Both the position numbers and the translations under genes were made by a program. A model generated the notes under the pieces. It did no database searches. It worked only from the letters and a program-made list of their open reading frames with translations, and was not told the DNA's origin. From the NCBI RefSeq assembly GCF_009914755.1, contig NC_060935.1: DNA of 64,000 nt. The stretch is one strand, 5' to 3'. Positions 1 to 13,678 of this stretch are shown piece by piece (the first letter of the stretch is position 1; every line of letters starts with the position of its first letter). This DNA comes from the human T2T-CHM13v2.0 reference genome, Homo sapiens.

Positions 1-104
1 TACTTTGGGTGGCTGAGATGGGAGGATAATATGAGACCAGGAGTTTGAGACCAACCAGATCAGTACAGTGAGATCCCAAAAATAAAGTTTAAAAAAAAAA
101 AAAC
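1..104 (+). mobile_element. Alu left-arm/FLAM or AluJ fragment, cut by the window edge
   Basis: tactttgggtggctgagatgggaggat...ccaggagtttgagacc followed by an A-rich tail. Confidence 0.8.
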
Positions 105-134
105 CAAAAATAGGCTTTAAAAAAAAGAGAGAAA

Positions 135-201
135 GGAAAAAGTTCCAAATTTTGGAACATTTCAGATTTTGGATTTTCAGATTTGGGATGCTAAACCTGT
201 A
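135..201. mobile_element. Tigger4/MER46-type DNA transposon terminal fragment
   Basis: catttcagattttggattttcagatttgggatgctaaacctgta resembles the MER46 terminal inverted repeat end with TA. Confidence 0.65.
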
Positions 202-1310
202 GTAACTATTTTTCTATCTACATGTATTTCATAACATCACGTTGTAAACCTCAAATATACACAATAAAATTTATGTTAAAAAGTAAACTAATTCTATAGT
301 TTATATGTGAAATGAAGGAACTCAAATTTTCTAAACTTTTCAAAAAAAATAAAGTTGGAGAACACATACTACTTTATTTTAAGAACAATCAAGTGTGAGA
401 GTAGTAAAAAAAGTTATAAAATACTAGACCTTATAGTCAATAATAATAATTTATTGTATATTTTACAATAATTCAAAGAGTGGAATTGGAATGTTCCTAA
501 CACAAAGAAATGAGAAATGGTATCTAGATGTAATAGATACCCAAATACCTGGATTTGATAATGATACATTATATGCTTGTATGAAAACATCACATGTACA
601 CCATAAATATATGTACCTAATTATTATGAGCCCATAATTAAAAACAAAAAAATTAATTAAAAATAGCAAAAAAAGGAGTTGATAATGACACATTATATAC
701 TTGTATCAAAACATCACATGTACCCCATAAATATATATGCCTAATTATTATGAACCCATAATAATTAAAAACAAAAATTTTAATTAAAATACAGCAAAAA
801 ATAGAGGCACAGATCAATGGAACAAAATTGACTCAAAAAATGAAACCTCACATATATAGTCAATTGATTTTTGACAAAGATGTCAAGGTTGACAAGAAAG
901 GAAGATATTTTCTATGAAAAAAATGGACATGAACATGCAAAAAAAAGTGATCTTTGATCAAATACAAGTACAACAAAAACAAAAATTAACTCAAAATCAG
1001 TGAGATCTAAATGTAAGATTAAAATGATAAAGTATCCAGAAATAAACATAGAAAAAATTGTACAATGTCTTCAGGAAAGGATTTGTTAAACAGGACATGA
1101 AAAGGTAATATATTTAAAAAAATAATAAACTTGGCTTCATTAAAACTTAAAATTTCTGCTACTAAAATATCACTGTAAATAAAGTAAAAAGGAAAGCTAC
1201 AGACTGGTAGGAAATATTTTTCAAATTGTATATATGACAGAGTACTTACATCTGGGAGGGAATATTTTTCAAATTGTATATATGACAGAGTACTTACAAA
1301 ATGAACTCTC
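202..1310 (+). mobile_element. Old L1M fragments (ORF2 3' part with a nested L1MA-type 3' end at about 420-800)
   Basis: L1 ORF2-like gatcaatggaac...caattgatttttgacaaag and an L1MA 3'UTR (acatcacatgtaccccataaatatat). Confidence 0.75.
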
Positions 1311-1974
1311 GCTTCCCTTTTCCAGCTTCCAGGTTCCCATGCCTGGCAGTAGGTTTTGTAGATTGCTCTATGACAGAAAGATACAGTGGGATTAGAACAT
1401 TGTTCAGAGAATTAGGCCAACTGAGGAAAGCAGAATTAATTTAACCCATAACTTAATCACCTTCATTAGAACATACTTACAAGAAACTTCAAGTTCTGAT
1501 TCCTAATTAACTTCAGCCTTATTTCTCACTATCTCTCCATCAGACTACAGGTGAGGAATTACCATTAGTGCAACAATTTGAACAACTATTTTAGAACTGG
1601 ATGCAAAATTTACCTATAGGTCAGTCTATCAGTGATTCAATATCCAACAGGTCTAGGGATCAACTTAATGTTATTTGTCAACCTTTGCCCTCATTTTAGA
1701 ATCTGGTTCTTTTGGTACCAAAAGTATACCATCAAATTTAGGTAATTGTTGATCAGCATGCTGCAAACAAAGACATCTGAGTAATTTTCTGAAATGACTA
1801 AATGGTTTGGGATTTTATGTATACAATCACTGTTAAGAATGGGTAATAGGATCAAAGAGCTATTAAAATTCAAAGAAGGGATGAATAAATAATCATGAAC
1901 TTATATTTACATTTGAAACTATAATTGTCTAACAAATTGTATAACAAATTGTACATTTGAAACTATAATTGTAT

Positions 1975-2190
1975 AACACTGATTAAGCACCTACTATGTA
2001 TCAAACATCTTGTTATTTAATTTGCACGTCTTATTTCTTTGAAGTAAACAATAAAATGTTCATTTTATCCACATATGGAAATGTAGGCCTGGGGAGAATG
2101 CAAACATTTGAGAAGATCACACAGCTATTAGAAAGTGATCTGGGATTTGAATCCAAGCATACACCTGACTCCTAAGACTCTTCTATAAAC
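1975..2190 (-). mobile_element. MIR SINE
   Basis: taagcacctactatgt...cattttat...gatcacacagcta...gggatttgaatccaag, an antisense MIR pattern. Confidence 0.65.
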
Positions 2191-3502
2191 TAAAAAGTGC
2201 TTTAAAAGAGGAGATAATTTTGCATTACCTGGGGAAAGGTCAATACTGAGAAAGAAAATATAAAACAATTTGAGGCAGCATTTAGAATTTTATACCTTAT
2301 GCCATATCTCATTTGGACTATATAATCCATCAACTGATATTTTGCCTATTCATAATTTAATGATTTCTATAATAGCTTTCTAACATTTATATTTTAGTAA
2401 AAAATATATAATTTTATCAAAGAAAACACAAATTATTCTATTGGCATCTACTGTTGTACGTGTAATTCATAGTAAAACCATGCTTTTAAGAATGTATAAT
2501 AATTTATTGTCATGGGACTATTTTACAGAGAATCCCTAGTATAAATTTTCATTTATTTTTCACAGAAAATTTTAAATGACATGTGTTCTGAAAATGTTAT
2601 CCCCTAAAGATAAATAAACACACAAAATTGAATTCTCTCTGACCATTATTTAGAGAACATGGACATTTGAGATATATGAGGAAAACTAGAAAAACTAATT
2701 TCACCACTAGCTAAATAACCTACATTGAGACTGACATAACACACTTCTCAGAATAATCCTCAGTATATGAACATTTTTTTCCCAGTTTTAAACAATATCT
2801 GTTGAAGTCAAAGGACATTATAAAGATTATAAATAGTGTGAAAAGAAACATCAAGAAACTGGCGTAAGGAAAAGTGTTCTTTCCGAATGTGTCCTGTAAC
2901 CATTTTTTAATGATTTTGCACAAGACATGAACAATATTAGAGAACAAAAACGAGTAATTATTGAGTTGATCATTTAAGCATATCAGACAGTTCTTGTAGA
3001 GCACAGAGGCATACTTGGTACTGGGCTAGCAGCCTTTCACACCTCTGCTGTCCCAGGCAATCACATGTTTTGCTGCATTTAGAATAAACTGCATTTAGAA
3101 AATTTGAAAGGAAATATATATTCAGGGCCTTCAGTATTTCTGACATTACACATACTTCAGTGTAAAATTTAGCTCTCCTAATATTGCTCCAGAAATTATC
3201 TGATTTTTTATTTTTATACTGGCATTTAAATGTGTGGAATATAATTATATAGAAGCTACAAAACTATCATGATGATCAATAGAAATGTAAATAAAATGTG
3301 ATTTAATGACTGTGCAAGTTGTTTCTCTTGCCTGCCTACAGAGCTGCTTTGTGTCTTACCATTCACATATAGAAGACCTGATTTTATTAATCACTATGAA
3401 ATAGAATGGGCATATTTCTTCCTTCATATCTGTTTTATATACCAGTTTATAAAATCTATCCTTAAAACAACATGAGGTTTCAACATAATAACAACTTAAT
3501 AG

Positions 3503-3868
<366 letters not shown>

Positions 3869-4769
3869 AGGCATATATTTTTAAAGCAAACTCTCAAGAT
3901 GCTGTAGACCTGTCAGCAAAGAGTTAAACGGTTGCTGATATAGGATATACTAATGCAATATTTTTGATAACCGAACAGATCACTTCCAATATCAGATCTT
4001 ACAAGAATTTCAGATTAAAATATCTATGAGTTCATTGAGATTTTTAGGACAATAACAACAGAAAAAATGCACTTATTGGCCTACTGTCCCTGTGCTCATC
4101 TCATAATTCAAACCTGAAAGAGAAAATGTCACCTTAAATTGGAAAGATTATGGTAGCCAGGTGCAAAATACATTACTTTTCTCTACTATTCCTTAATATT
4201 TATCCCTGGGAGATAAAGTTACATAAAGATAAGAAAGCAAATCCAACCAAACATGTTAAAAACAACAACAAAACTTGAAAGTATTTTGTTGTGAGGGTTA
4301 TTAGTCAAGATAGAATTATTCAGATCTAATTACATTCTTTGAAATAAAATGTAAATAGAGAGAGATATGGATGAATAATTTTTAGTTTTTAAAAGTAAGA
4401 ATTATTTAAAGGTTTATTGAATATTCTTAATAAGAAACCATTTTTAAAAGGACAAACTTGTTTATTGTACATTTAAAAAAATTATCACCCATATATGGTG
4501 AAAATAATGTCTTTTTAAATGTTGACAAAATGAGGTAATAGGTTTTTATCAGTTTGAATAAGACTGTCTCCTACAGCTGTTGGATTGTCAAACTCGGTTG
4601 AATAATGACAAAAATTCACAGTACTTTGAATGACTTATGAAAAATAAAAAAAATATAAATTGAGTAGGGAATAATTACATAGTAGAGTGCCAGAATAACA
4701 AAAATGCATCTCTGGTTTCCAAGAATTCCGGACACTCAGCTAAAAATAAGAAAGCTTTCTTTCTCTGGC

Positions 4770-4890
4770 TCCGCCAGTACTTCACTGCATGTCCTCTGAT
4801 AAACCCACTTAGTCTTCCAGAGCCTCATTTTCCTTCCTTGTAAAATGAGAGATGGTGCTTGACCAAAAAAATCCTCAAGTCCTTCTAGTA
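4770..4890 (+). mobile_element. MIR/MIR3 fragment
   Basis: cacttagtcttccagagcctcattttccttccttgtaaaatgaga MIR core. Confidence 0.5.
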
Positions 4891-6445
4891 TCCAAGTTCT
4901 CCTATTTTGCATTATTATTCTCTCTACTCTATGTTTCCATCTTTTACCTTTACTTCTCTCTCCTCCTTTTTCTCTCTGAATCCTCTTTCTTCTCTTGTCC
5001 ACTCTTTCTTCCACATCTGTTCATGTATGTGAGGGTGAGAGATATGTGTGTCTGTGTCTATATCTAGAGAACAAGAGTGTGCAAAATTTCTTTTGTAACA
5101 CATATACAATTTATTTGAAATAGGTTATTTTTGATAACTGTATTATAAAAAATTTAAAGTTATGTTAGATTTAGTCCTTAATATAAATGAAATGTGTTAA
5201 GGAAACATTTCTTTCCTTTCAACTTTTGTAAATTATTTCATTGTCAAAATTAAGTAATAGAGCTGGTGAATGTTCTAAAATATAATTAGGAATTTTTTAC
5301 ACTTGGCTCGATAACTGGATAGAAACATACACAATGAAATTAACCAAACCTAAAGAATAAGTGAATTTTCATTCAGTTTAATGAGTAGCTAATTTAAAAT
5401 ATCAATGTTGGTAAACAAGTGCTGAAAATGCAAATTTTTTTTCCGTTTTTAATATTAAGATATTCTACATGCACTATTGACAGTGAACTGGTGCCACCTC
5501 TTTATTCTGAGACTAACAGTTGTCCTGGAGGAGAACCCCTAGGACTGGCTTTTCTGCAGACATACTTCATTGACACTATCTCATCATCCATTGGTTCATT
5601 GTTCTCAGTTTTGTATGAAAAAATGTCTCCTTGTTCCTTATTCACTTATCTGACACCACAGATGATGCCTTTGTGAAGCAGTAACTTTTTGTTCATGACA
5701 TCTCAGTTAATATAAATAGAAGTGATGATAATTTCAGGTAGAGAAGAAACACTTGAAGATAGATGAAAATAGAGATAAGAGATAGAAATTGAGATAGAGA
5801 TGAGAGAAGAGAGAGTTCTTCCAGTGTAAATATCTTTAGAAACACGTTCCCTAAAATTTGTCTGCCCTAATTTTAATATTTAACCTGAGACTTTAAATCA
5901 TTTGACTACTTTTAGAAGGGTCCAATTCTATGCCTCACTCTCACCCTAGCTCCGTTATTTTGAAGCTGCTTGTTTTGCATTGTTTTCTATGATATTCCAT
6001 AAAGTAAGAAGAGTAAGTTAGCCTTTTCACTTTGCATAACCATGAGAGGACCTGGGACACAGTAAGCACTTAAATATTCATTGAATGAATAATTTAAAGA
6101 AAATAACAGTGGGTTATACTGCATCTATTATTTTCTATGATTTAATAGCTCAATAGCAACTAGTTTTGGATGGTGAATCCAACTTGGAAGATTACTATAT
6201 CTTGGCACCATGTCTTTGCTTTAAAATAAAATATCAGTATAGAAGGAACAAAATCATTGCAAAATTCTCACTGACAATATTTAGATAAAATATGTAATGA
6301 GAACAAAGGAAACAGAATGCACCTGGCAATTGCAGAGCACTTGCCCTTCCATTCTTTTGTCTGTTCTTCATGTAGTCACTCATCTTTACATAAATCATGT
6401 ATTCATTCAACATTTATTAAACAGTGTTTCTCTGTCACTTTTTAA

Positions 6446-6832
<387 letters not shown>

Positions 6833-8289
6833 TGACATTTAAAATATTTAAATTAATACAATGATAATGAAAGACCGCAGAGTCCAACTAAATGATTTAG
6901 AGTCAAAATAAAATTTAGCCTTTGGCTCTCTATACTATATAAATGTATACATTATCTCATAGAAAGTTAAGAATCACATATAAGAGAGAAACGTAGGATT
7001 TTAGAAATGAATTACTTCCTCATTTTTAAAATATACGAAATAGGGTCATGCTCTTGTGAATCACCTATATTCCCTTTTCTTGAATAAATATTATACTACT
7101 AAAATACCTTGGTATAGGTATCTATGCTTAGGATCACACTAAACAAATATATCAAATGAAAGCTTAAGTACACATTACATTTTTTGTATACCTGCCCAGG
7201 GCAGCTCCTTCTCTCCAGCCATGATTGAACCACGACCCATATGTATTCCTTCACTTTCCATTTCACTTAACAAGTTCCAGCTGCATTGACCATTCTCCAA
7301 TGCTCAGTAGTGCTCTAAATCTCTTTCCCATTAATCAACAATATGAGGAGGGAGGCAGTATTCCCTAACTACTCTCAGTGGAAGCGAAAAATTGGATTCA
7401 GAAGGCATTGGCAGGAATTTTCATACACAGAAGTGGTGAAATCAGACGGGATCCATTCCTACCCAGATGTAAATCCCCCTCCAGCTGGTACGCTCCAGAA
7501 TTTTACTTTATTAAATATACAGAAAATTTCACTTGATTTTTGTAGCTGTTGATTGATTTCATGAAAATATTTCTTTTGCTATATTTAAAACAAATCACCA
7601 CGAACCAAACCACTCATGCTGTTGTATGACTCCTGTGGCTGGAAATTCTCATCATCAAGAAACTCTGATGTGACTTGGGGGTATCTACACTTTCCCTCTC
7701 CTGTGATTCACAGAACACTTGAAAAAATGCACTTAGAGGGGACAATGGAAAAACATAAAGCCACTGTAAGCTTTAAATGCACAGATGATATGTAAGGCTA
7801 AATTAGTCCCTAAGGGATTATTGTCTCTCTGCCCAGAAGTAAACCCTCTGTAAATAGAAATTTCCCTCGGTTTAATCTTTCAGGGTCTTCATTTTTCTGA
7901 TTATTTGCTGCCTGAGTATCTCCTGTATTAGTTACAACATTCTGCTCATGTCTGCTCTTAACTAACTCAATTAATAGTCTCAGGCTTCTCTGCAATTCAT
8001 CCACTGAGGAAACAAATCCCTTTTCCCACAGGTCAGGGAAAGAAAAACTGAAAGGGTCTACTTTGAAATGGAAATGAGGGAGCAGAAAGATGAAGGAAAT
8101 AAAATAAGTACTGAAGGCAGTGCTTTCCATATTTTCCCTCTTGAAGTATTGCTAATAGCAGAGATGAGTGGAGATGTACCCTCCTATTAGTCCCTGGGCA
8201 GAGCCAGGAGTAACACATCTCTAACAGATTTTCTTTGAATTCTCAAGTTTAATCGTTAAAAGTAAAATAATTTGCAGGCTACTATATAA

Positions 8290-9760
8290 CATAGATGTTC
8301 ATCTTAGTATCATATAATGTAGGTTGTTTTTTTATTAGAATTAACTGTAATACCACCTAGAAAATAATGGCATCGTTATGACATTTCCTTCCCCTATTCA
8401 TAAGTGTAATATATTTTTCCATTTGATAAACTTTTTTCTGAGTCCTTCAGAGTCTTTTATATTTTAGTCTCATGTATGTTTTGAACATTTCTTGCTATCC
8501 ATATGTGTTTTATTTCCTTTCTATCATAAATGAAACTTTCTCTTCCATTATATTCATTTTTAATGGAAGATTAATATTAATAATTAATAATAATAGAAAA
8601 TAATATATCCCATTATTATTTTCATTTGAATATACAATGGCTATTGATTTGTATGCTAATTTTATTACCTTCTACTTTGCTACATTTTCTTATTGTGAAA
8701 AGGATTAGCTTTTCCTTAGATTATTTTGGAGTTTCCAAATATCTAATTGTATCACCTGTAACTAAAGTCGTTTTTACTTTTTGTTTTTCTTCTAGGTTTT
8801 TACGTTATTATTTGTTTTAGATGTCTGGCAATTTCTTCTAAAACAATGTTAAAAGGCCATGGAAATAATGGGTTTCCTTTCCTTCTTCCTGTATTTGGTG
8901 AAAATTATTTAATGTTTCTTCTTTAAATAAGATATTGCCTTTTCAGCAGAGGCATATTATGTGTTAAAATATAGTTTTCTTGTTAAAAAATTATTAGCTT
9001 CTATTTTAACTGTCTTTTACTTGAGTGGATGCTGAATTTTGCCAAGTATCTTTTGTAGTTCTATAATCAATTATTTTTTGTTCTATTACAATGGAGGAGT
9101 TTATTAATTATAATATATTCACCTCACAGTACCCCTGTATTCTACAATTAACTTCACTTGGTCATGATGTATAATTTTTCAATTGTTCCTGAATTATCTT
9201 TGTTGATATTTAACATTTAACAATTATTTGATGTTATACTTCTGATTTTAATTTTTTATACCATTTGTTTTGTGGTTTTTTAGTTTACTTTGTTGTTTTT
9301 AATTGAAGGCTGTGAATTGAGCACTTATTAATACCTCATTTTATTTTATTGACCCAATTACTTTAACGCTATGTTTTTCTTTGATAGTGCTTTAGCTTTA
9401 CCCCATGATTATGATATATTTTATTTTCATTATAACTTTTTACATAAATTTTGAAATTTAATTTTTATACATTTTCAACAATATGTCCTTTTTAAAAAAA
9501 GTGCATGAGATCTTTTCACTTCTATTATTATTTTTAGTTGTACGCTTTACATGTTGAGAACAATTTTTTTTAAAATTTTTCTTCTAGGGAATTCATTGGG
9601 GTTTAGTACGTGGCCTACAGTGCAGTCCATTTTTATGCATAGCCAAAGGACTTCGAAAGCAAGATAAATCTTTTATTATCAAAGTTCAGAGTTTTATCTG
9701 ATATCTATTTGTTCTGTATGAGATTACAAGAGATGTGCTAAAGTCTTTCTTCTTAATAAA
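8290..9760 (-). mobile_element. Ancient L1M (L1MC/ME-like) ORF2 fragments
   Basis: T-rich degenerate antisense L1 motifs (attgatttgtatgctaatttt, ggatgctgaattttgccaa, cacttggtcatgatgtata). Confidence 0.6.
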
Positions 9761-9789
9761 TTTCACCAAGATTTGCCTGTCCATACCAT

Positions 9790-10475
9790 AAAATCTAGGA
9801 TTCATCCTCAATGAATCTCAAATCCACATATACATCTTAATTCTCACATTATTACTCCATTATAGGTAGCTATTGTTTCCTGCCTAGAATATCTATCTCC
9901 TAATGACATAAATAGCTCGTCTCCATTCTGCCCAAAGCCAGGAAATAAGATCATACATTTCCTATCTAAAAATCATTAATGTTAGCTTAAGATACAATCA
10001 AAATTTCTTCATGTATTTTACAATAACCTGCCTGTTCACCATCCTCATTTTGCAGTGCCTTCCACATCTCTCAGTAGATATCAGCCTAGGCTAAACTTTT
10101 TCCATTTTCTTCAAAATGTTAAGAACTTTAAACTTCTAGATCTTTGCATGCGCTAGTCTCTTTAACTGAAATATTTTACCCATCACTCTTCTCCTACTAA
10201 ACACATAGTTCCTTTGTCACTTAGAGAAAGAAGTCTTCCTGTCTTTGTCTCCCATTATTTCCCAATTTAACTTAATTCTTGAAGTTTTCTATCATTGAAG
10301 TTATATAAATATGTAATTATACTTTATTTTGTAAGTATTTACTTAATGTGTTACTCTCCACTAGTCTGTAAATTTTATGAAGGCAAGAACTATTTCTGGC
10401 TGGATTTTTTCCACATTATATCTCTACAATCCAGTGTAGTGCTTATAAATGCTCAATAAATAATTGTGGAATAAA
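9790..10475 (+). mobile_element. L2 LINE 3' portion
   Basis: ends in ccactagtctgtaaattttatgaaggcaagaac...gctcaataaataattgtggaataaa, the L2 3' signature. Confidence 0.7.
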
Positions 10476-10595
10476 GATATACAAGTGTTTTCAATAATTT
10501 CACAACAATATAAATGTTTTAACATAATGCTTTTGGACTTATAATGGGAGGTGCATTGCAGCACATTGAGCAATTTAGAAATGGGCTGCATTTAC

Positions 10596-10668
10596 CTAGT
10601 AGATTCCTTAGGTTGGACATCTGACAATAAAGTAGGAAAAGAAATTTTACACATGCATAATACCCCAC
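10596..10668 (-). other. Candidate 73-nt internal exon
   Basis: Minus strand: (T)15 GCAG|GTGGGG...CTACTAG|GTAAAT in apparently non-repeat sequence. Confidence 0.3.
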
Positions 10669-11169
10669 CTGCAAAAAAAAAAAAAAATCACCAAAACAAT
10701 AAAACTTTAGCATAATCAGCATAATCACCTGTGTAATAATTAGAGGCAGATAACTGTTGATTTGTCTTTAATTTATGGTGAAGATGTATCTGCTGAGTTT
10801 TTGTGGTTTAATATAGCTGCATGAGAAAAATGCCTAAAAATTTTCTGAATGAGATTCAAATTGTGACCTGTTGCATATCTAAAACAGTTCTTGTTAGCTA
10901 TAAAACTAATTAAAAGCGACAAGTAAGTGTAATAAAAATATTCGAAGACAATAATTTTTATCAAAACTACTTCTATAAAGGTTCCCCACGCTTCTGTGGA
11001 ATCAACTACACATTACCCCAGAGATATGAAAATTGCAAAATGAATTACCATTTTAGAAAGATCAAACTATACTGTCAATTCCTGTAAAATATATGAAGAA
11101 GCTGACACCTAGAACTAGAAGTTAATCACTTAACTTTCATCAGATCTCGTCTTGAACTCTCAAGGTCCC

Positions 11170-11335
11170 TGCTATGGTTTGAATGTGTCCTCCAAAGATC
11201 CTGTTTTCAAAGCATGACCCCCAAAGTGAATGTGTTGAAATGTGGTATCACTAAGAGCTGTTTAGGTAATGACAGATGTGCCTTCCTGAACAGATTAGTG
11301 TCATTATTGTGAGAAGAAATTCTTTAGCATGGAAG
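11170..11335 (+). mobile_element. MaLR LTR 5' fragment (MST/MLT1A-like), truncated at the L1 3' end
   Basis: tgctatggtttgaatgtgtcctccaaag LTR start. Confidence 0.7.
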
Positions 11336-12209
11336 TTAGTTTCTTTTTTATTATTATTATTTTGGATTGGGGGGTTACACGTGCAGGTTTGTTACATGGA
11401 TGTATTGCATAACGGTGAGATTTGGGCTTCTATTGAACCCATCACACAAATAGTTAACATTTTACCCAACAGATAATTTTTCAACCCTCACTGCCCTCCC
11501 TGTATCCTCCCATTTGTAGTCAATTATTTTTGTCTTTATGTCCACGTGTACCCACTCTTTAGCTTCCACTTAGTAAGACTATGCAGTGTTTGACGCTCTG
11601 AGTTATTTTACTTATGAAAATGGCCTCCAGTTCCATCCATGTTGCTTCAAATAACATAATTTCATTCTTTTTTTCATGGCTCAATAGTATTCCATGGCAT
11701 GTATATAACACATTTTCTTTGTGCAATCAACCACTGATGGACACTTAGGTTGATTCTATGACTTTGCTATTGTGAATAGGGCTCTGATAAATGTACAAGT
11801 GCAGGAGTCTTTTTAAAACACCATTTTTTTTCTTTGAGCAGATACCCATAGTGGGATTGCAGAGAGGATTTGTAGTTCTAATTATAGCTCTTTAGGAAAT
11901 CCCCACACTGTTTTCCATAGAGGATATACTAATTTACATTCCCACCAACAGTGTATCTTTGCCAACATCTGTCATTTTGTTTTCTCTTTTTCTCTGCTTC
12001 CTCGCTAACATCTGTTGTTTCCTGGCTTTTTAATAATAGCCATTATGCTTGGTATGAGATGAAATCTCACTGTGGTTTTAGTCTTCATTTCTCCGATGAT
12101 TAGTGATGTTGAGAAATTTTTCATATATTTATTGGCCATGTAAATGTCCTCTTTTGAGAGGCGTCTGTTCATGTCTTTTGCCCACTTCTTAATGGGGTCA
12201 TTTATGGAG

Positions 12210-12335
12210 TTTTTTTTTTAACTTTTATTTTAAGTTCAGGGGTACAAGTACAGGTTTGTTTCATAAGTAAACTTGTGTCATATGGGTGTTTGTTTTATAG
12301 ATCATTTCATCACTCAGGTATTAAGCCTAGTACCT
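12210..12335 (-). mobile_element. Short L1PA 3'-end fragment nested in the older L1
   Basis: poly-T + acttttattttaagttcaggggtacaagtacaggtttg...ggtattaagcctagtacc. Confidence 0.75.
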
Positions 12336-13678
12336 ACTATTTTGTTGCCTTAATTTCCTTATGAATTCTGGATATTAGAGCTTTATTGGATGTATAGTTT
12401 GTGAATATTTTCTTCCATTCTGGAGGGATTGTCTGTTTACTCTCTTGATAATTTATTTTACTCTGCGGAAGTTCTTTAGTTTCATTTGGTCCCACTTGTC
12501 AATTTTTGTTTTTGTTGCATTTGCTCTTGAGGTCTTAATCGTAAATTCTTTGCCTATGCCAATATCCAGAAAATATTTTCCTAAGTTTTCCTCAATGATT
12601 TTTATAGTTTCAGTCTTTATATTTAAATCATTAATCCATCTTCAGTTAATTTTTGTATATGGTAAAGATAGTGGCCAGTTTTGTTCTTCTGCATATGGCT
12701 AGCCAATTTATCCAGCACAATTTTTTGAATAGGGTGTCCTTTGCTCATTGTTTATTCTTGACCACTTTGTCTAAGATTAGTTGATTGCAGTTACACGGCT
12801 TTATTTACAGATTCTTTATTCTGCTCCATTGATCTATATGACTGTTTTTGTACCAGTACCATGCTGAGTTTGTTACTAATGCCTTGTAGAATAGTTGGGA
12901 GTTGGATATGTGATGTCTCTGGCTTTGTTCTTTTATGTTAGGATTACTTTGGCTATTTGGGCTCCTTTTTGGTTCCATATAAATTCTAGAATTGTTTCTT
13001 CTAATTCTTTGAGAAGTGACCTTGATAATTGGTAGGAATTGCATTGAATCTGTAGGTTGCTTTGGCAGTGTGATTGTTTTAATGATACTGATTCTTTTAA
13101 TTCATGATAATGTATTGTTTTTCTTTTGTTTGTGTAATCTCCAATTTCTTTCATCAGTGTTTGTAATTCTCTTTGTACAGATTTTTTACCTCCTTGGTTA
13201 CAGGTATTCTTAGGTTTTTTTTTTTTTTGACCCTTGCAAATGGTATTGAGTTATATTGATTTGGTTCTCAGCTTGAGTGCTGTTGGTGTTTAGAAATGCA
13301 AGTTATTACTATATGTTAATTTGCTATTGTAAAACTTTACTGAAGTTGTTTATCAAATCTAGCACTTTCTGGAGAAATCTTTAGTGTTTTCTAATATCAT
13401 ATTACCAGCAAAACAAAAGATCATTTAACATCCTCTTTTCCAGTTTGGATGCTTTTTCTTTCTTTTCTTTTGCCTGATTGCTCTGGTTGGAACTTCCAGT
13501 ACTTTGTTGAATTGGAGTGGTGAGAGTGGGTATCCTTGTCTTGTTCCAGTTCTTAGTGAGATGCTTTCAACTTTTCCCATTCCATATAATGTTGGTTGTG
13601 GGTTTGTCATAGACAGCTCTTATTATTTTAATAAGTGTTCCTTCTATGTCTAGGGTTTGAAGGTTTTTATTATGAAGG

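Noticed and set aside
4717-4725. STAT GAS motif TTCCAAGAA
   Set aside because: Isolated short motif with no supporting context
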